Shown: positions 20,617 through 31,948 of the stretch, piece by piece | Numbering within the stretch: the stretch's first letter is position 1 | Layout: every line of letters begins with the position of its first letter | Notes under the pieces: model-generated | What the model saw: the letters and a program-made list of their open reading frames with translations, nothing else | What the model was told of the DNA's origin: nothing | Database searches by the model: none | Translations under genes and position numbers: made by a program | Origin: a virus | Virus record (IMG/VR): IMGVR_UViG_3300045141_000130 | Coordinates: 9,358 to 73,357 of that record | DNA length: 64,000 nucleotides | Direction: 5' to 3' (one strand)

Positions 20617-21516
20617 TCAGCGATCCTTCATCAGGTGGGCGAAGTCGTCACGCCAGACCTCGCCGAACCGGGTGGTGGTCTTCAGGTAGCGAGCACGCTG
20701 CCACTTGGTGACCGCGGCCTTGGTGGTCGGGCCGAAGTCGCCATCCACCCGTAGGCCCGCGTACTTGAGTTCGTTCATCCGGGTCTGGATCCACTTCACC
20801 CACGGCACGTCCTTGGCGACCCCGCCGCCATGGCTCTGCGGTGGACCCGACTTCAGTCCGAAGTAGTGGTTGGTCGGCAGCGGCCACGAGGTGCTGGGCG
20901 GCGGGGTGTACGGCGCCTTGACCGGAGGCTTGGCGACCGGAGGCTTGACCGGAGGCTTGGTGGCGACCCCGAGGATCGCCTTGGCCTTGACGATGTACGC
21001 GGCGACGGTGTTGGGCTTGCGGCAGAAGCCGTAGTGCATGCTGTCGTACTTCTGGCCCTGGTAACGCCCGCCCCAGTACAGGCCCAGGGATTCCAGGTCC
21101 TTGACCATCGCCGGGGGCATGTCGCACTGGAACGTGGTGCTGTACGGATTGAACGGAGCGTTCTCGTCCACCGAGAGCGCCCCGGAATGGCCGCTGGCGC
21201 GCTGGGTGCCAGCGATCGGACGGTTGCTGTACCCCCACGGACCCCAGGACTCGTTGTTCTTCCGCGCCCACACCGCGTAGTGGTACTTGCGGTCCTGGAT
21301 CTCGAAGATCAGGTTCCACAGCGGCACCAACTCCTTGCGCATGGTGACGCGCAACGTCTGGCCGGTAGTGCCGGAGGTGTAGTTGGTGGTGCCCAGCAGA
21401 CTGGCCGGGACACCCTTGGGCCAGGAGTGTCCGCCCCACGCGGCGAAGTCACCGTTGGCCGGATAGCCAGCGTTGGGGTTGCTCGTGCCATAGGCAGATC
21501 GGGCGTAGTTGGTCAT
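20617..21516 (-). CDS. Endolysin: M15-family peptidase plus peptidoglycan-binding domain
   Basis: WGYSNRPIAG..SGHSGALSVD (SxH-x6-D), WGGRY, DSMHY. Pro/Lys linker, then DGDFGPTTKAAVTKWQ PG-binding motif. GGAGGA RBS. Confidence 0.9.
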   Translation of the reverse strand: MTNYARSAYGTSNPNAGYPANGDFAAWGGHSWPKGVPASLLGTTNYTSGTTGQTLRVTMRKELVPLWNLIFEIQDRKYHYAVWARKNNESWGPWGYSNRPIAGTQRASGHSGALSVDENAPFNPYSTTFQCDMPPAMVKDLESLGLYWGGRYQGQKYDSMHYGFCRKPNTVAAYIVKAKAILGVATKPPVKPPVAKPPVKAPYTPPPSTSWPLPTNHYFGLKSGPPQSHGGGVAKDVPWVKWIQTRMNELKYAGLRVDGDFGPTTKAAVTKWQRARYLKTTTRFGEVWRDDFAHLMKDR

Positions 21517-21629
21517 CGAGGTGATCCTCCCACTCGTACAAAGACGCGGACCCGGCTAAAGTGTGAGCGTCCTCCCAAGGAGCATGGGGTTGACAACAGG
21601 GCCCGCTGAAGAGCGGGTCCTGTTGTGTC

Positions 21630-24600
21630 TCAGGCTCCGACGTACTGCACCGAGATGTATGCCGTGCCCGTGCTGGCGGTGGCCTGTCCGGTTTGGTAGA
21701 GGAACAAGCTGATCTTGTCGCCCGCGTTCAACGCGACGACCCCGGAACCGTTGCTGTACCAGGCGTAGGACGCTGCCATGTTGGCGTTGACCACGTAGAT
21801 CTGGGTGTTGGTGGCACTGTTGACCCCCAGCACCAGCTGCCTGATTCCGGCGGCAGAGGTGTTCTGCATGGACGCCTGCAGGGCGATCAGATACTTGCCA
21901 GCGACCGGTACGACGATCCGGCCGCTGTTCAGGCCCAGGCCGCCAGCCTGGAAGACGGCGGTGTTCATCAACTTCTCGGTGAACACCCCGGTGTTGATGT
22001 CGTTCGACCCGGCGGTTGCGCTGTAGTTGCCGTAGGCATTGGCCCCGTCCATCGACCAGTTGCCCCAGGTCGTCACGAACTGGCGGGTCCAGTGGCGGAC
22101 ACCGCTGCTCGTGGGGACGTAGACGTCCTGGATGTAGAACTGTCCGCCGTTCAGCGACCGGTGTTCGAGGAGCCCGCTGGAGGCTGCGGCCTCCGGCCCG
22201 TTGGCGGGCATGCTGCCGTTGATCCAGTCGTACCAACCGGACACGGTGAGCGAGTTGCAGTCGTTCCCCGAGAGCAGCCTGACCGGCGCGAAGGTGGTCG
22301 GCACCTGGTTGACCATTGGCACCCAGGGACTGGACGAGGCCGACAGCAACGTGCGGAACCAGATGTCCGGAGTCGAACTGGACTGCCGGACCCAGAACTG
22401 CCAGCACTGCGTGCCGTTCGAGTTGATCGTCGTGACCGAGGCTGCGTTGCCGAAGGGGAAGCCACCGTCCGCACCTCCCTGTGCGGTCGAGAGGGTGAAG
22501 ACCGACACTCCCAGCGGGTACGCGCCACCGAAGGATGCCGACGGAACCGGCGCTGGCAGGAGGACGACGTTGGCGCCGTTCCCGGAGAACTGCTGCCACG
22601 CCGTCCAACCGGAGGTGTTGCCCGAGCGGACGTAGCCAGCCGTGATCGCACCGGCGGTACCGGCGGCGTAGGTGACCATCTGCGTGGTCGAGGACGAACC
22701 GGGGACCCGCCAAGTGGTGACGATGCTGGTCATGCCCTGCGGCCAGCCACCGGTGGTGGCCTGGGTGTTCGTCAGGGACCAGCAGGAGATGCCGGTCGGA
22801 TAGGTCGAGTAGTCGTCGGTGGCGTTCTTGTCGCCCGAGAACCACACCGTGACACCAGGGTCGATGGCGGTCGCCAACGCCTGGATAGCCGCCGGACCGG
22901 CCTGCACCGCGTCCGTACTCAGCGGGTAGGGCAGGCCCTTCGTCGTCGCACCGCGGACGTCCGCACCCGCAGGCTGCGCACCCCACGAGTTCGAGGTCAG
23001 CGCGATCGCCCCCACGCTGGCGGCGGTGAGCGTGGACCACGCGGTGGCGAAGTCGGTGGCCGAGGTCTTGGTGAGCGCCTGACCGGTGGTGCCGCCTGCG
23101 GCCACGCCCGGCCCTGCCGGACCCGTCGTGCCCTGCGGCCCGGTGGAACCGGTAGGCCCGGTCGGTCCGGTGGCGCCGGTCGTCCCCTGCGCGCCCTGCA
23201 CGCCCTGCGTGCCCTGCGGTCCGGTCGGCCCCGGCACCGGCCGGGAGAACGTCATGAAGATCACTTGGGACTCGGGCGGGAAAGAGCCCACCATGCTGTC
23301 GACCGGGATCTTCCAGCTGGCGTTCGCCGCCGAGACGGCCACCCCGGTGACCCGGGCGGTGATCGTGCTGGTTCCCCAGGTGACGGTGACCCAGTCGCCG
23401 GACTTCAACGCCTGGATCTGGATGGACCGGTCGATGCCGCCGTTCTGCTTCCCCACCATCCACAGCTGGGGGGTGGTGATCTGCACCTGGCCGTTCTGGG
23501 CGGGACTGGACCCGCTGGTGTAGTTCCAGTAGTCCTGGAGCATCAGCGCGTCCGGCGGCCCCTGCGGGCCGGTGGGGCCGGTGGCGCCCGGATTCCCCTG
23601 CGTCCCCTGACTTCCCGTGGGGCCCGTGCTGCCCGTCGGACCCTGGGTGCCGATCGGGCCCTTGAGGTTGCCCGCCAGGGTCCAGGTGCTCGCCCCGGTC
23701 TTGACGTAGGTGTCCCCGTTGGCGGTGTTCAGGTAGTGGTCGTTGACCACGCCCGTACCGGTGCCCGGCACGCCCGAACCCTGGAACCACACCGAACCCG
23801 CGGTGCCGGTGGTGCCGGTCGGGCCAGGGTTGCCCTGCGGCCCCTGGCTTCCCGTCGCGCCACCACTGCCGGTGGCACCGGCGGGACCCTGCGGCCCGAC
23901 AGGCAGTCGCATGAACGTCACGGCGACGAACGTGCCGGAGCCGTAGTTCTTCCAGCCGACGATCGACGTCAGGCTGACGGTCCAGACACTGCCCGCCACC
24001 GTCGGCTTGACGGACAGGACACCCGACATCACGTCGTTGTTCGATCCGGCCACGAACAGGGCCGTGTCGCCGATCGCAAGGCCGTTGAACTGGGCGGTGT
24101 GGTCGACGGCGTAGAGGTCGGTGCGGTTGAAGGTCAGGACCGCACCAGTGGCGCTCCAGACCACGACACCGGAGACACTCGCGTCGCCCTGCGTGCCCCA
24201 TGAACCCGTGAGGATGGTGCCACCGGGATTGCCCTGGACTCCCTGGACCCCCTGGGCCCCGGTGGTGCCCGCAGTGCCCTGCGGCCCCTGGGTGCCCTGC
24301 GGGCCCTTGATGCTCCCGCTGTAGGACCAACTACCGCTGTGGTAGTTGAAGACGTCGCCGCTGGCCGGGTAGATGAACTGGTCGCCCTCGTGCGGACTGG
24401 GCACGTTGCCGTAGTCGCCGTACGGGTTGCCGGAGGTGTACCACACCGCACCGGGCGTTCCGATTGGACCCTGCGGCCCGGTGAGGTTGCCCTGCTTGGT
24501 CCAGGTGCTCGCCGCCGTCTTGGTGTAGGTGTCGCCGTTGGCGGTGTTCAGGTACAGGTCGCCCACCACGCCGGTGGCCGGGTTGGGGGCGGAGGTGCCG

Positions 24601-25961
24601 TAGTACCAGGTCGATCCGCTCGGTCCGGCCGGGCCGGTCGTGCCGGTGGCACCTGCCGGGCCCTGCGGCCCGGCACCACCCGTCGTGCCGGGCGGGCCCT
24701 GGATCCCCTGACTGCCGGTCGGCCCGGTCGGGCCGGTCGGGCCCGGGTCGCCCTTCGTGCCGGTGCCAGCCGGGCCGATGTCGCCCTGTGGTCCCTGCGA
24801 GCCAGCCGGGCCGACAGGCCCGAGCGGTCCCTGGTCGCCGGTCGGCCCTGCGGCGCCCGTCGCACCGGTGGTGCCTGCCGGGCCGACCGCGCCCGCGTTG
24901 CCCTGCGCGCCGGGGGGGCCGATGGCGCCGGTGGCGCCGGTGGGGCCGGTGCTGCCCTGCGGGCCGGTCGGTCCTGCCGGTCCGGTCGCCCCCGGCGGGC
25001 CGACGATGACGCCCGCGTCCACCCACTTGGTGCCGTCCCACACCCACAGGTGGCCGGTGTCGACGGTGATGTAGGCGACGCCCGTCGAGGTGGCGTCCAG
25101 CCCGGCGGGCAGCGACGCCTGGTTGGGCACCGAACCCTTGATGTTGACACCGGTGCCGGGCGCACCGGTAGCCCCGGTCGGACCCTGCAGGCCGGTCGGC
25201 CCGGCAGGGCCCTGCACACCGGGATCGCCACGAGGGCCCTGGGTGCCGACACTGCCGGTGGCGCCCTGCGGACCTTGGGCCCCGGTCTGCCCGGTGGTGC
25301 CGGGCGGCCCGGCCGGTCCCTGGACGCCCGTCCCGGTGGCGCCGGTATTGCCCTGCGGCCCCTGGGCTCCGGTGCTACCGGTCGGCCCGGCAGGACCGGT
25401 CGCACCCGGAGGCCCGAGTGGGCCGACCGGACCTTGCGAGCCGGTCGGCCCGGCAGGACCTGTCACGCCCGGAGGGCCGGGCACCGGGGCGACGACCCGC
25501 GAGACCTGCATCAGCGTGGCGGGCGCCGGGACCGTGCCCTGCTGGGTGACGGTGCCGGTGTAACGGCTCATACCCGCGGCACCGGCCGTCACCACCGTCG
25601 CCGCGGTGATCACCATGACGAAGCCCTCGCGGACCGGGTCACGCACCACCAGGTACTCGCCGACCTGGGCGTCGGCGCTCCACATCACGCCGTGGAAGTC
25701 GGTGTGGTGCAGATAGACGTCGACGACGGAGTTGAGGGGGGCGTTGCTCGGCACCACGCCGACCTGGCCCGTCGCGGGCGCCTGATTGTTTGCGACGTAG
25801 CCCCACTGGCCGGACTCGACGGTGTTGCCGGGAGGGCCGATGGGGCCGTTCGGGCCCTGCAGGTTACCGGCCAGTACGGGGTTGTTGGCCGAGTCCAACG
25901 GATTGATCGCGTAGCCCAGTGCACTGCGCATCGGGCCGATCAGTGTGGGCGCCGCCATCAC
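21630..25961 (-). CDS. Collagen-like tail fibre protein
   Basis: 1443 aa with extensive Gly-X-Y repeats, interrupted by GSxWxxG..[13 protein letters not shown] modules. C1q/TNF-like beta C-terminus. Confidence 0.85.
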   Translation of the reverse strand: MMAAPTLIGPMRSALGYAINPLDSANNPVLAGNLQGPNGPIGPPGNTVESGQWGYVANNQAPATGQVGVVPSNAPLNSVVDVYLHHTDFHGVMWSADAQVGEYLVVRDPVREGFVMVITAATVVTAGAAGMSRYTGTVTQQGTVPAPATLMQVSRVVAPVPGPPGVTGPAGPTGSQGPVGPLGPPGATGPAGPTGSTGAQGPQGNTGATGTGVQGPAGPPGTTGQTGAQGPQGATGSVGTQGPRGDPGVQGPAGPTGLQGPTGATGAPGTGVNIKGSVPNQASLPAGLDATSTGVAYITVDTGHLWVWDGTKWVDAGVIVGPPGATGPAGPTGPQGSTGPTGATGAIGPPGAQGNAGAVGPAGTTGATGAAGPTGDQGPLGPVGPAGSQGPQGDIGPAGTGTKGDPGPTGPTGPTGSQGIQGPPGTTGGAGPQGPAGATGTTGPAGPSGSTWYYGTSAPNPATGVVGDLYLNTANGDTYTKTAASTWTKQGNLTGPQGPIGTPGAVWYTSGNPYGDYGNVPSPHEGDQFIYPASGDVFNYHSGSWSYSGSIKGPQGTQGPQGTAGTTGAQGVQGVQGNPGGTILTGSWGTQGDASVSGVVVWSATGAVLTFNRTDLYAVDHTAQFNGLAIGDTALFVAGSNNDVMSGVLSVKPTVAGSVWTVSLTSIVGWKNYGSGTFVAVTFMRLPVGPQGPAGATGSGGATGSQGPQGNPGPTGTTGTAGSVWFQGSGVPGTGTGVVNDHYLNTANGDTYVKTGASTWTLAGNLKGPIGTQGPTGSTGPTGSQGTQGNPGATGPTGPQGPPDALMLQDYWNYTSGSSPAQNGQVQITTPQLWMVGKQNGGIDRSIQIQALKSGDWVTVTWGTSTITARVTGVAVSAANASWKIPVDSMVGSFPPESQVIFMTFSRPVPGPTGPQGTQGVQGAQGTTGATGPTGPTGSTGPQGTTGPAGPGVAAGGTTGQALTKTSATDFATAWSTLTAASVGAIALTSNSWGAQPAGADVRGATTKGLPYPLSTDAVQAGPAAIQALATAIDPGVTVWFSGDKNATDDYSTYPTGISCWSLTNTQATTGGWPQGMTSIVTTWRVPGSSSTTQMVTYAAGTAGAITAGYVRSGNTSGWTAWQQFSGNGANVVLLPAPVPSASFGGAYPLGVSVFTLSTAQGGADGGFPFGNAASVTTINSNGTQCWQFWVRQSSSTPDIWFRTLLSASSSPWVPMVNQVPTTFAPVRLLSGNDCNSLTVSGWYDWINGSMPANGPEAAASSGLLEHRSLNGGQFYIQDVYVPTSSGVRHWTRQFVTTWGNWSMDGANAYGNYSATAGSNDINTGVFTEKLMNTAVFQAGGLGLNSGRIVVPVAGKYLIALQASMQNTSAAGIRQLVLGVNSATNTQIYVVNANMAASYAWYSNGSGVVALNAGDKISLFLYQTGQATASTGTAYISVQYVGA

Positions 25962-26632
25962 AGCGTCCAGACGTTGCCGGTGTCGACGTCGAGGTACAGG
26001 TCACCTGCGATCGAGCCGTGCACCGGCGGCACCGGTGCGCCGTGCCCGGTGAACCAGGCGGTGCCACGCGGACCTGTCGGCCCCGGTGGGCCCGCCAGCC
26101 CGGTCGGCCCGGTCGGTCCCGGCGGACCGCCGGACGGACCGGGGACGCCCTGCGGACCCGGCGCACCGGCAGGGCCGACCGTCACCGACTGCCCGGTACT
26201 GGACGGCACCGGCGAGTTCAAGGTGATGTCGTAGCTGCCGTCCGGGCTGGCGTTGTTGAACCCCATCGAGAAGTTGGCCGGGCTGCGGCCCGGGATGTCC
26301 ACGGTGACGCCCAGTGTGTACTTGTTCGGCGTCAGGTCGGTGTCGTTGGGGTTGATCACCCACACGCCCTGGTTGCCCTCGGCGTCGAGCATGTAGCCCT
26401 GGTTATCCACCTGACAGACGATCTTCTGCAGGTAGATCGTGGCCGGTGGGACGCTGCCGATGTCGAACACCCGGTCCACCGGGAACTTCAGCGTGACCGT
26501 GGACCCGGCGGGCACCGCCTTCCAGTCCGGGTTCGCATCCGGGTCTGCAGGCGAGTCGGCCCATACGTCCAGCAGCCGGTAGGTGATCTTGACGTAGCTG
26601 ACGTTCGGGTCGGGTGTCACAGGCGAGGACAC
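25958..26632 (-). CDS. Collagen-like minor tail protein
   Basis: Start estimated at the GTG after GGAAGGGGAG. Short Gly-X-Y stretch and a [20 protein letters not shown] module. Confidence 0.7.
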   Translation of the reverse strand: MSSPVTPDPNVSYVKITYRLLDVWADSPADPDANPDWKAVPAGSTVTLKFPVDRVFDIGSVPPATIYLQKIVCQVDNQGYMLDAEGNQGVWVINPNDTDLTPNKYTLGVTVDIPGRSPANFSMGFNNASPDGSYDITLNSPVPSSTGQSVTVGPAGAPGPQGVPGPSGGPPGPTGPTGLAGPPGPTGPRGTAWFTGHGAPVPPVHGSIAGDLYLDVDTGNVWTL

Positions 26633-26687
26633 GAGCACTCCCCTTCCGACGAACCTGCCCCTATCGTCGCGGCGCCAGCCAGACGCA

Positions 26688-28730
26688 CTAGCTGGCGACC
26701 CGCTGCACCGACAGGCGCCGGTTGCCGAGCGTCGCGTTCGCGGCGGCGTTGTGGAAGAACCAGACACCTATCGTGTCGCCGATGTTGTAGGGGATCAGCC
26801 ACGACCCGCAGGCCACCCAGGAACTGGCGTCGCAGAAGTTGCTGACCCGATAGAAGCCGCTGCCCACGGCCGACAGGGAGCCCAGGCTGACGGTGGCGGT
26901 GACGTTGCCCCCGGCGTTGCCGTTCATGGTGAGCACCAGGTCCACCCGGTACATCCCGGCCCGGTTGATCTGGAAGCCGTTGCCGCTGGGCACTATGTCG
27001 GTGCCGTTGTTGGCCTCATTGGTCGTAGCGATCGGCACCACGACGTAGGCACCGGGCGCGATCGACGGCGCGGTGGTGGAGTTGCGGCTGTAGTAGGACG
27101 GATCGCCCAGCTGGATCCACGGGGCGTTGCTGGCGGACAGCATGTTGCGGTACCACATGTCGGTGGCGGTCGTGTCCTGCCGCGCCCAGATCTGGTAGCC
27201 CGCAACGGTACTGCTCTGCCGCCAGGTCACCACCTGGCCCGCGGTGGAGGTGGCACCGAGCGGCCAGCCGCCATCGGTGGCCGACTGGGCTGCGGTCAGC
27301 GCGAACATCGACATGCCGACCGGATAGGCGCTGATGGACGCCGCGCTGGCGAGCACAGCCTGGTTCGGGATGACGAACTGACCGTCCGTGGTGGACCACA
27401 CCATCGCGTAGTCCGTGCCGGAGGACTTGATCAGCGGCCTGCCCACCGAGCCGCCTGCGGGGACCCCCTGGGTGGCCAACGCCGCAGCCGGGGTGAGGTC
27501 GCCGGGCGCCAAGGTGTGCCAGACCGAGTCGTAGCCAGCGGCCGAGTTCTTCATCAGGAACTGACCGGCGCTGCCCGCGGGATAGGTGGGCGGTCCCGGC
27601 AGGCCCTGGCCGGACGGTGTGGCGCCGACGTCGACCGGGCCCAGGATCTTCCACAGCGTGTCGAAGTCGGCCGAGGTGTTCTTGATCAGCGAGGCGGCCG
27701 GTACGCCGCCCGTCTTCACCCCCGGCCCGGCCGGGCCGACCGAGCCGGTGGGGCCGGTGGGACCTGCCGCACCGGTGGAGCCGACAGGGCCCTGGTTGCC
27801 CTGCGCGCCCTTGATGTTGCCCTGCAGGCTCCAGGTGCTGGACCCGGTCTTGAGGTACAGGTCGCCGTTGGTGTTGTTGACGTACACGTCGCCGGTGGCA
27901 CCCAGCGTCCCGGCCGGAACGCCGGTGCCGAACAGCCAGCGCGAGCCGGGCGTGCCCGGTGCCCCGGTGAGCCCGGCCGGGCCCTGGCCGCCGGGCGCAC
28001 CCAGCATCGAGCCCTGGCCCACCCAGGTGGTGCCCGACTTGGCGTAGACGTTGCCGGTGTCGTTGGCCATGTAGGCATCGCCACTGGTGCCCAGGCCTGT
28101 GGCCGGTGCGCCGGTGCCGAACCACCACACGGAGCCGGGCACACCGGGCGCCCCTGATGCACCCGGCGGCCCGGCCGTTCCAGGTGGGCCCTGCGGTCCC
28201 GGCACACCTGGCGACCCGTCCTGCCCGTCCTGCCCGTCGACGCCGGAAGGGCCGGGTGGACCTGTGGGACCGGTGGGCCCTGTGGGCTTGGCACCCTCGA
28301 CCATGAACACGCCGGTGACCGGATCGAAGGTGATGGTGAACGGCCCGCCGGTGTTGACCACGTCCTGCTGTGCGGTGTCCAGCAGGACCGCAGCGATGAG
28401 CGGCGAGGTGGCCGGGTCGCCGGTCTGCTTGTAGACCAGCGCCCAGTAGCAGGTCAGCGTCGCGCCGCCGGGCACCGTCCAGGACGCCGGGCCGGACAGC
28501 CATGCCGTGAAGCCGGGCGGGTTGGTGACGGTCCGGTTGGGCAACGCAACGCCGCCCGCGGTGTAGCCCGCGCCGTCGGCGATCTCGACCGCACCCAGGT
28601 CGGCGAAGAACTCGTCGGTGTGGTCCAGGGCGTAGCCGTGGGTGAGCAACGCGCAGCGCACGTCGTCGTTGACCCAGTCGACGTCGGCGTCCAGGTGGAA
28701 TACCGCACGGTCGTAGACGTAGGTCTGCAT
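26688..28730 (-). CDS. Collagen-like tail fibre protein
   Basis: 680 aa with Gly-X-Y repeats and the same interrupting modules. A C-terminal region is similar to 21630-25961. Confidence 0.85.
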   Translation of the reverse strand: MQTYVYDRAVFHLDADVDWVNDDVRCALLTHGYALDHTDEFFADLGAVEIADGAGYTAGGVALPNRTVTNPPGFTAWLSGPASWTVPGGATLTCYWALVYKQTGDPATSPLIAAVLLDTAQQDVVNTGGPFTITFDPVTGVFMVEGAKPTGPTGPTGPPGPSGVDGQDGQDGSPGVPGPQGPPGTAGPPGASGAPGVPGSVWWFGTGAPATGLGTSGDAYMANDTGNVYAKSGTTWVGQGSMLGAPGGQGPAGLTGAPGTPGSRWLFGTGVPAGTLGATGDVYVNNTNGDLYLKTGSSTWSLQGNIKGAQGNQGPVGSTGAAGPTGPTGSVGPAGPGVKTGGVPAASLIKNTSADFDTLWKILGPVDVGATPSGQGLPGPPTYPAGSAGQFLMKNSAAGYDSVWHTLAPGDLTPAAALATQGVPAGGSVGRPLIKSSGTDYAMVWSTTDGQFVIPNQAVLASAASISAYPVGMSMFALTAAQSATDGGWPLGATSTAGQVVTWRQSSTVAGYQIWARQDTTATDMWYRNMLSASNAPWIQLGDPSYYSRNSTTAPSIAPGAYVVVPIATTNEANNGTDIVPSGNGFQINRAGMYRVDLVLTMNGNAGGNVTATVSLGSLSAVGSGFYRVSNFCDASSWVACGSWLIPYNIGDTIGVWFFHNAAANATLGNRRLSVQRVAS

Positions 28731-28731
28731 G

Positions 28732-28971
28732 TCAGGTCCTGATCACACCGAGCCGCGAGGCGACCCCATCCACCCGCAGCCACACCTGATGGCCGGTGTA
28801 TTCGCTGCGGAAGACGATGGCGGCGGTGCGCCTGCCCCGGCCGTCGTAGTCGCGGAACGCGGACTGCCAGTCGTTGTCCTTGGGGTCGTCGGACACCGCG
28901 ATGTGCACCACCGCGATGTCGTCGGCGTCGCAGGGCACGGAGAGCCAGCCGCCGTCCACGGCTGGGCGCAT
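28732..28971 (-). CDS. Small hypothetical protein (virion-associated candidate)
   Basis: 79 aa, coupled to its neighbours. Confidence 0.55.
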   Translation of the reverse strand: MRPAVDGGWLSVPCDADDIAVVHIAVSDDPKDNDWQSAFRDYDGRGRRTAAIVFRSEYTGHQVWLRVDGVASRLGVIRT

Positions 28972-29294
28972 CAGAGCACCGTCACGGTGTCGAGCTTGCG
29001 CACGATGTTCTCGGTGGCGGTCTTGACCAGGGCCCAGCGCTGGTAGACGCCCGCCACCAACTGGATGTCGCCACCGGGGCCGACGAGGGTGAGGATGTCG
29101 ATGTTGCTGCCGTCGGCCATGGGGTTGGGCGGCACGACGAGGGTGGACTGCTGGAAGTCGGCCAGCGTCGGCGTGTGGTTGGGGTCGACGCCGTGGTAGA
29201 CGCCCACCCAGGTGATGTCGGCGGCGGAGCCGCGCTTCATGGTGATCGCGTTGGCGGTGTACTCGGTTCCCGGCGAGTACAGGGTGATGGCCAT
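28971..29294 (-). CDS. Small beta-rich virion protein candidate
   Basis: 107 aa, AGGAG RBS, Ig-like GVYQRW pattern. Confidence 0.6.
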   Translation of the reverse strand: MAITLYSPGTEYTANAITMKRGSAADITWVGVYHGVDPNHTPTLADFQQSTLVVPPNPMADGSNIDILTLVGPGGDIQLVAGVYQRWALVKTATENIVRKLDTVTVL

Positions 29295-29297
29295 CGT

Positions 29298-29621
29298 CTA
29301 GCTCCTGTTCCGCTGCACTCGGGTGCTGCCGATGTCGGCACTGAGGCGGGTGCCGCCCATGCCGAACTGGGCTGAACTACTGGTATTCGGGTCCACGGCC
29401 CAGCTGATGCGCGTCTCGGCGATGTCGGCCGAGCTTGTCCGTGTGGGGGCTACGGACAGCGCCGCCCGTAGGCGGGCGTAGTCGATGGCGGTGGACGGGC
29501 GCGTGGGACCGATGTCGACGGTGACGTCCCGGCCGCGGGAGGTGTACAGCAGCGGCGGCTGCGGCGCCGAGTACTCCACGACGCCCGAGGTGACGTGGAT
29601 GTTCAGGGTGGACTGGGTCAT
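29298..29621 (-). CDS. Hypothetical protein
   Basis: 107 aa, GAGGTAGGG upstream, first gene of the fibre cluster. Confidence 0.5.
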   Translation of the reverse strand: MTQSTLNIHVTSGVVEYSAPQPPLLYTSRGRDVTVDIGPTRPSTAIDYARLRAALSVAPTRTSSADIAETRISWAVDPNTSSSAQFGMGGTRLSADIGSTRVQRNRS

Positions 29622-29771
29622 CGGTCCCTACCTCTCAGCACCGATCGTCCCAGCAGCGACCAGACGCAAAGACGCCCCCGACCCGAAAGCCGAGGGCGCC
29701 ACCCAGGGCGGTGAGCCGCTCACGCGCTCGAAGGCGACAGGCGGACTAGACGGCCCCAGGCACGAAGAAGG

Positions 29772-29939
29772 CTAGCCCTCTTCGCCTTCCGGCCCCCGCA
29801 CGGAGTCGAGCAGGTCACGGAAGGCGTCGAGCAGCCGTCCGGCTGCGGCCTCGGCCTCCTGGTACCGCTCGGTGTAGTCGCGCAGCGCGTCCTCGGCCCG
29901 GCCGAGAAGGTCTTGCACGGGGGTGGCGGGATCGGTCAT
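29772..29939 (-). CDS. Hypothetical protein
   Basis: Start MTDPATPVQ, GGAGAG RBS, ATGA overlap. Confidence 0.55.
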   Translation of the reverse strand: MTDPATPVQDLLGRAEDALRDYTERYQEAEAAAGRLLDAFRDLLDSVRGPEGEEG

Positions 29940-30037
29940 GGCACTCTCCGGTGTCCGAGGATGAACAGGATGCAGGCGATGGCGAACAGTACTCCCCAAA
30001 TGACGCCTACGACGTAGAAGGTCGTCTGCCAGTTCAT
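29936..30037 (-). CDS. Small membrane peptide (33 aa)
   Basis: MNWQTTFYVVGVIWGVLFAIACILFILGHRRVP. ATGA overlaps on both sides. Too short for the ORF track. Confidence 0.55.
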   Translation of the reverse strand: MNWQTTFYVVGVIWGVLFAIACILFILGHRRVP

Positions 30038-30393
30038 GCCTTCACGCTCCCACCGGTGTCCACCCGCACGGGCCAATCCCACTGGCCGAGCCCTCCGCCC
30101 TGGGCGACGGAGTATTCGCGGTAGTCGCGGCCCAGGCCGTGCACGAGGAGGTCGACGGTGGTGTCGTCGGGCAGCACGTCTTCGACGCCGGGCGGGCGGG
30201 GCGTGGTGGCGTGCCGGACGTCGGGGTCGGTGGCGGATTGCACGGTGCGCGGCTCCGGCCCCCAGCGTTGCGACACGGCGGGCACGCAGGTGTCCTTGGT
30301 GCGGATCACCACGGCGGGCGAGAGGACGTCATTGCCGGGCCCGTTGTCGATCTTGGAGCGGTACAGCACGATGCGGCCGAGGGTGGGGTTCAC
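30034..30393 (-). CDS. Conserved phage hypothetical protein
   Basis: GTG start after AAGGAG. PTLGRIVLY...PAVVIR...GQWDWP pattern, common in phage small proteins. Confidence 0.65.
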   Translation of the reverse strand: MNPTLGRIVLYRSKIDNGPGNDVLSPAVVIRTKDTCVPAVSQRWGPEPRTVQSATDPDVRHATTPRPPGVEDVLPDDTTVDLLVHGLGRDYREYSVAQGGGLGQWDWPVRVDTGGSVKA

Positions 30394-30653
30394 GTGGGCT
30401 CCTTGGGTCGGGTGACGGCGCAGCAGATCTCGATGGTGACGGGCACGGTGAGCGCGTTGGCGCCGTCGAGCAGGATCAGGCTGTCCTCGCCGTAGCGGTA
30501 CTCGTAGCCTCGCAGGCGTAGGTGGCATTCGGTGCGGGCGCCGAGGGTGACCAGCTGGCTGCTGGTGATCTCCCAGGTGCCGACCTGGACGCTGCCGAGC
30601 CCCATCGCCGTGGTGAGTTCGTGGGGCCCGCCCGGATCACAGGGGGAGTGCAT
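30390..30653 (-). CDS. Hypothetical protein
   Basis: 87-aa coupled ORF. Confidence 0.5.
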   Translation of the reverse strand: MHSPCDPGGPHELTTAMGLGSVQVGTWEITSSQLVTLGARTECHLRLRGYEYRYGEDSLILLDGANALTVPVTIEICCAVTRPKEPT

Positions 30654-30838
30654 CAGTCCTCCGTGATCTTGAGTGCGTCGACGGCGGCAAGCAGTGCCAG
30701 TTCGGTGCGATCCAGGTCGGCGTAGGCCGCATCGAGGGGGCTATCGCCGCGCATGACGGACCGGTGGGCCTTGGCCCACTCCTGCGCAGCCACCACGACG
30801 GCGGAGACCGAGTTCACGAACGGGACTCCGGTCAACAT
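30653..30838 (-). CDS. Hypothetical protein
   Basis: 61-aa coupled ORF, GAAGGA RBS. Confidence 0.5.
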   Translation of the reverse strand: MLTGVPFVNSVSAVVVAAQEWAKAHRSVMRGDSPLDAAYADLDRTELALLAAVDALKITED

Positions 30839-30893
30839 CAGTAGTCCTTCCGACGCGGGTGCCTCTGGTTGTCATGCCCCCAGGGTCGCCCTG

Positions 30894-31400
30894 TCAGCCG
30901 GGGCGATAGACCCATGCGAGGCTTGTGGGCGAGACCCAGTCGCGCTTGTAGCGGCTGGTGTGGGCGGCCTCGACGGGGTAGTTCTCGTAGTTCTTGGTCC
31001 ACCTGAGCGGTTCGCTCTGCTCGGGCAGGACGATCTCGGGCGGTGGCCAGCCGCGGTTGTTGCGCCGCAGTCCGTCGATGCGCATGCCGTCGCTGCGCCC
31101 GCCCCAGATCTCGACGGGCAGGAAGCCTTTGGTCTGGGCGACGATGACGCGGGCGACGGCTTCGCGCACGTCTTCGGGGATGAGTTGGGCGAGTGCCTGG
31201 TCGACGACGGTGAGGGTGGCCTCGTCGGGGAGGTCTTCGACGGTGACCGCGGTGAGGTGTTGCACGGTGGTGGTGCCGCGTGCGATCCAGGCGACGTCGA
31301 TGATGTCGGCGTGCTTGGAGCGATCGTGTTGGCGGGTGACGTTGAGTTGGTGTCCCATCGCATTGAGGGCGTCGAGCACGAGTTGGCCGTTGATATCCAT
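30894..31400 (-). CDS. Hypothetical protein
   Basis: 168 aa, AGGAGG RBS. Confidence 0.65.
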   Translation of the reverse strand: MDINGQLVLDALNAMGHQLNVTRQHDRSKHADIIDVAWIARGTTTVQHLTAVTVEDLPDEATLTVVDQALAQLIPEDVREAVARVIVAQTKGFLPVEIWGGRSDGMRIDGLRRNNRGWPPPEIVLPEQSEPLRWTKNYENYPVEAAHTSRYKRDWVSPTSLAWVYRPG

Positions 31401-31436
31401 GCGGTAAGGCCTCCTGACCGATGTTTCGTCGGTCTG

Positions 31437-31940
31437 CTAAGCGATCTTGTCTGGTTGGGCGGTCTTGTCGGCGGCGAGGACGGCGAGCGCGTAGGCACTC
31501 CAGACGTCCTGGGCGAAGCCGTAGAACCACCCTGGTGCCCCTTTTGTCCCTTTGCCGTGGTTGCGCGTGCCGGTGGCGAACCTGTCGACGAGGGCCTGAC
31601 GGATGGTGGCGTCCCCGGCGTTGACGGAGTGGCAGAAGTGCATCTTGACGGCCATCCGTTCGATGAGTTCGCAGGGCACCCTGGCACGGTCGAGGGCCTC
31701 GAAGAACCGGCCGATCCACAGCACGGTGGTGAAGACCTCCTTGCCGACGGGCATGCCGTAGCTGGCGACCATCTCGATGACGGCGATGTCGGGCTGTTCG
31801 GCCCTGGGCCGGTAGCGCAGCATGGGCAGCAGTTCGGAGTTGGGGATCTTGGCGTGGGCGAGCGGCCGGTAGCTGTCGGTGTCGAGGTAGGCGTAGCCGC
31901 TCTGGGTGGGGCCTGGGTCGATGGCCAGGACGATGGACAT
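31437..31940 (-). CDS. RuvC-like Holliday junction resolvase
   Basis: Start MSIVLAIDPGPTQSGY after GAGGAG. Motifs IAVIEMVASYG, WIGRF, DVWSAYALA. Confidence 0.8.
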   Translation of the reverse strand: MSIVLAIDPGPTQSGYAYLDTDSYRPLAHAKIPNSELLPMLRYRPRAEQPDIAVIEMVASYGMPVGKEVFTTVLWIGRFFEALDRARVPCELIERMAVKMHFCHSVNAGDATIRQALVDRFATGTRNHGKGTKGAPGWFYGFAQDVWSAYALAVLAADKTAQPDKIA

Positions 31941-31948
31941 CGTGCTCC

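Noticed and set aside
21630-28730. Diversity-generating retroelement acting on the fibre genes
   Set aside because: No reverse transcriptase in the window, and no template/variable repeat pair differing only at adenines was seen.
3-29000. Long + strand ORFs (3-1298, 1615-3108, 4119-6902, 8621-10870, 21693-24203 etc.)
   Set aside because: They are antisense shadows of the minus-strand structural genes, produced by high GC3 codon bias.
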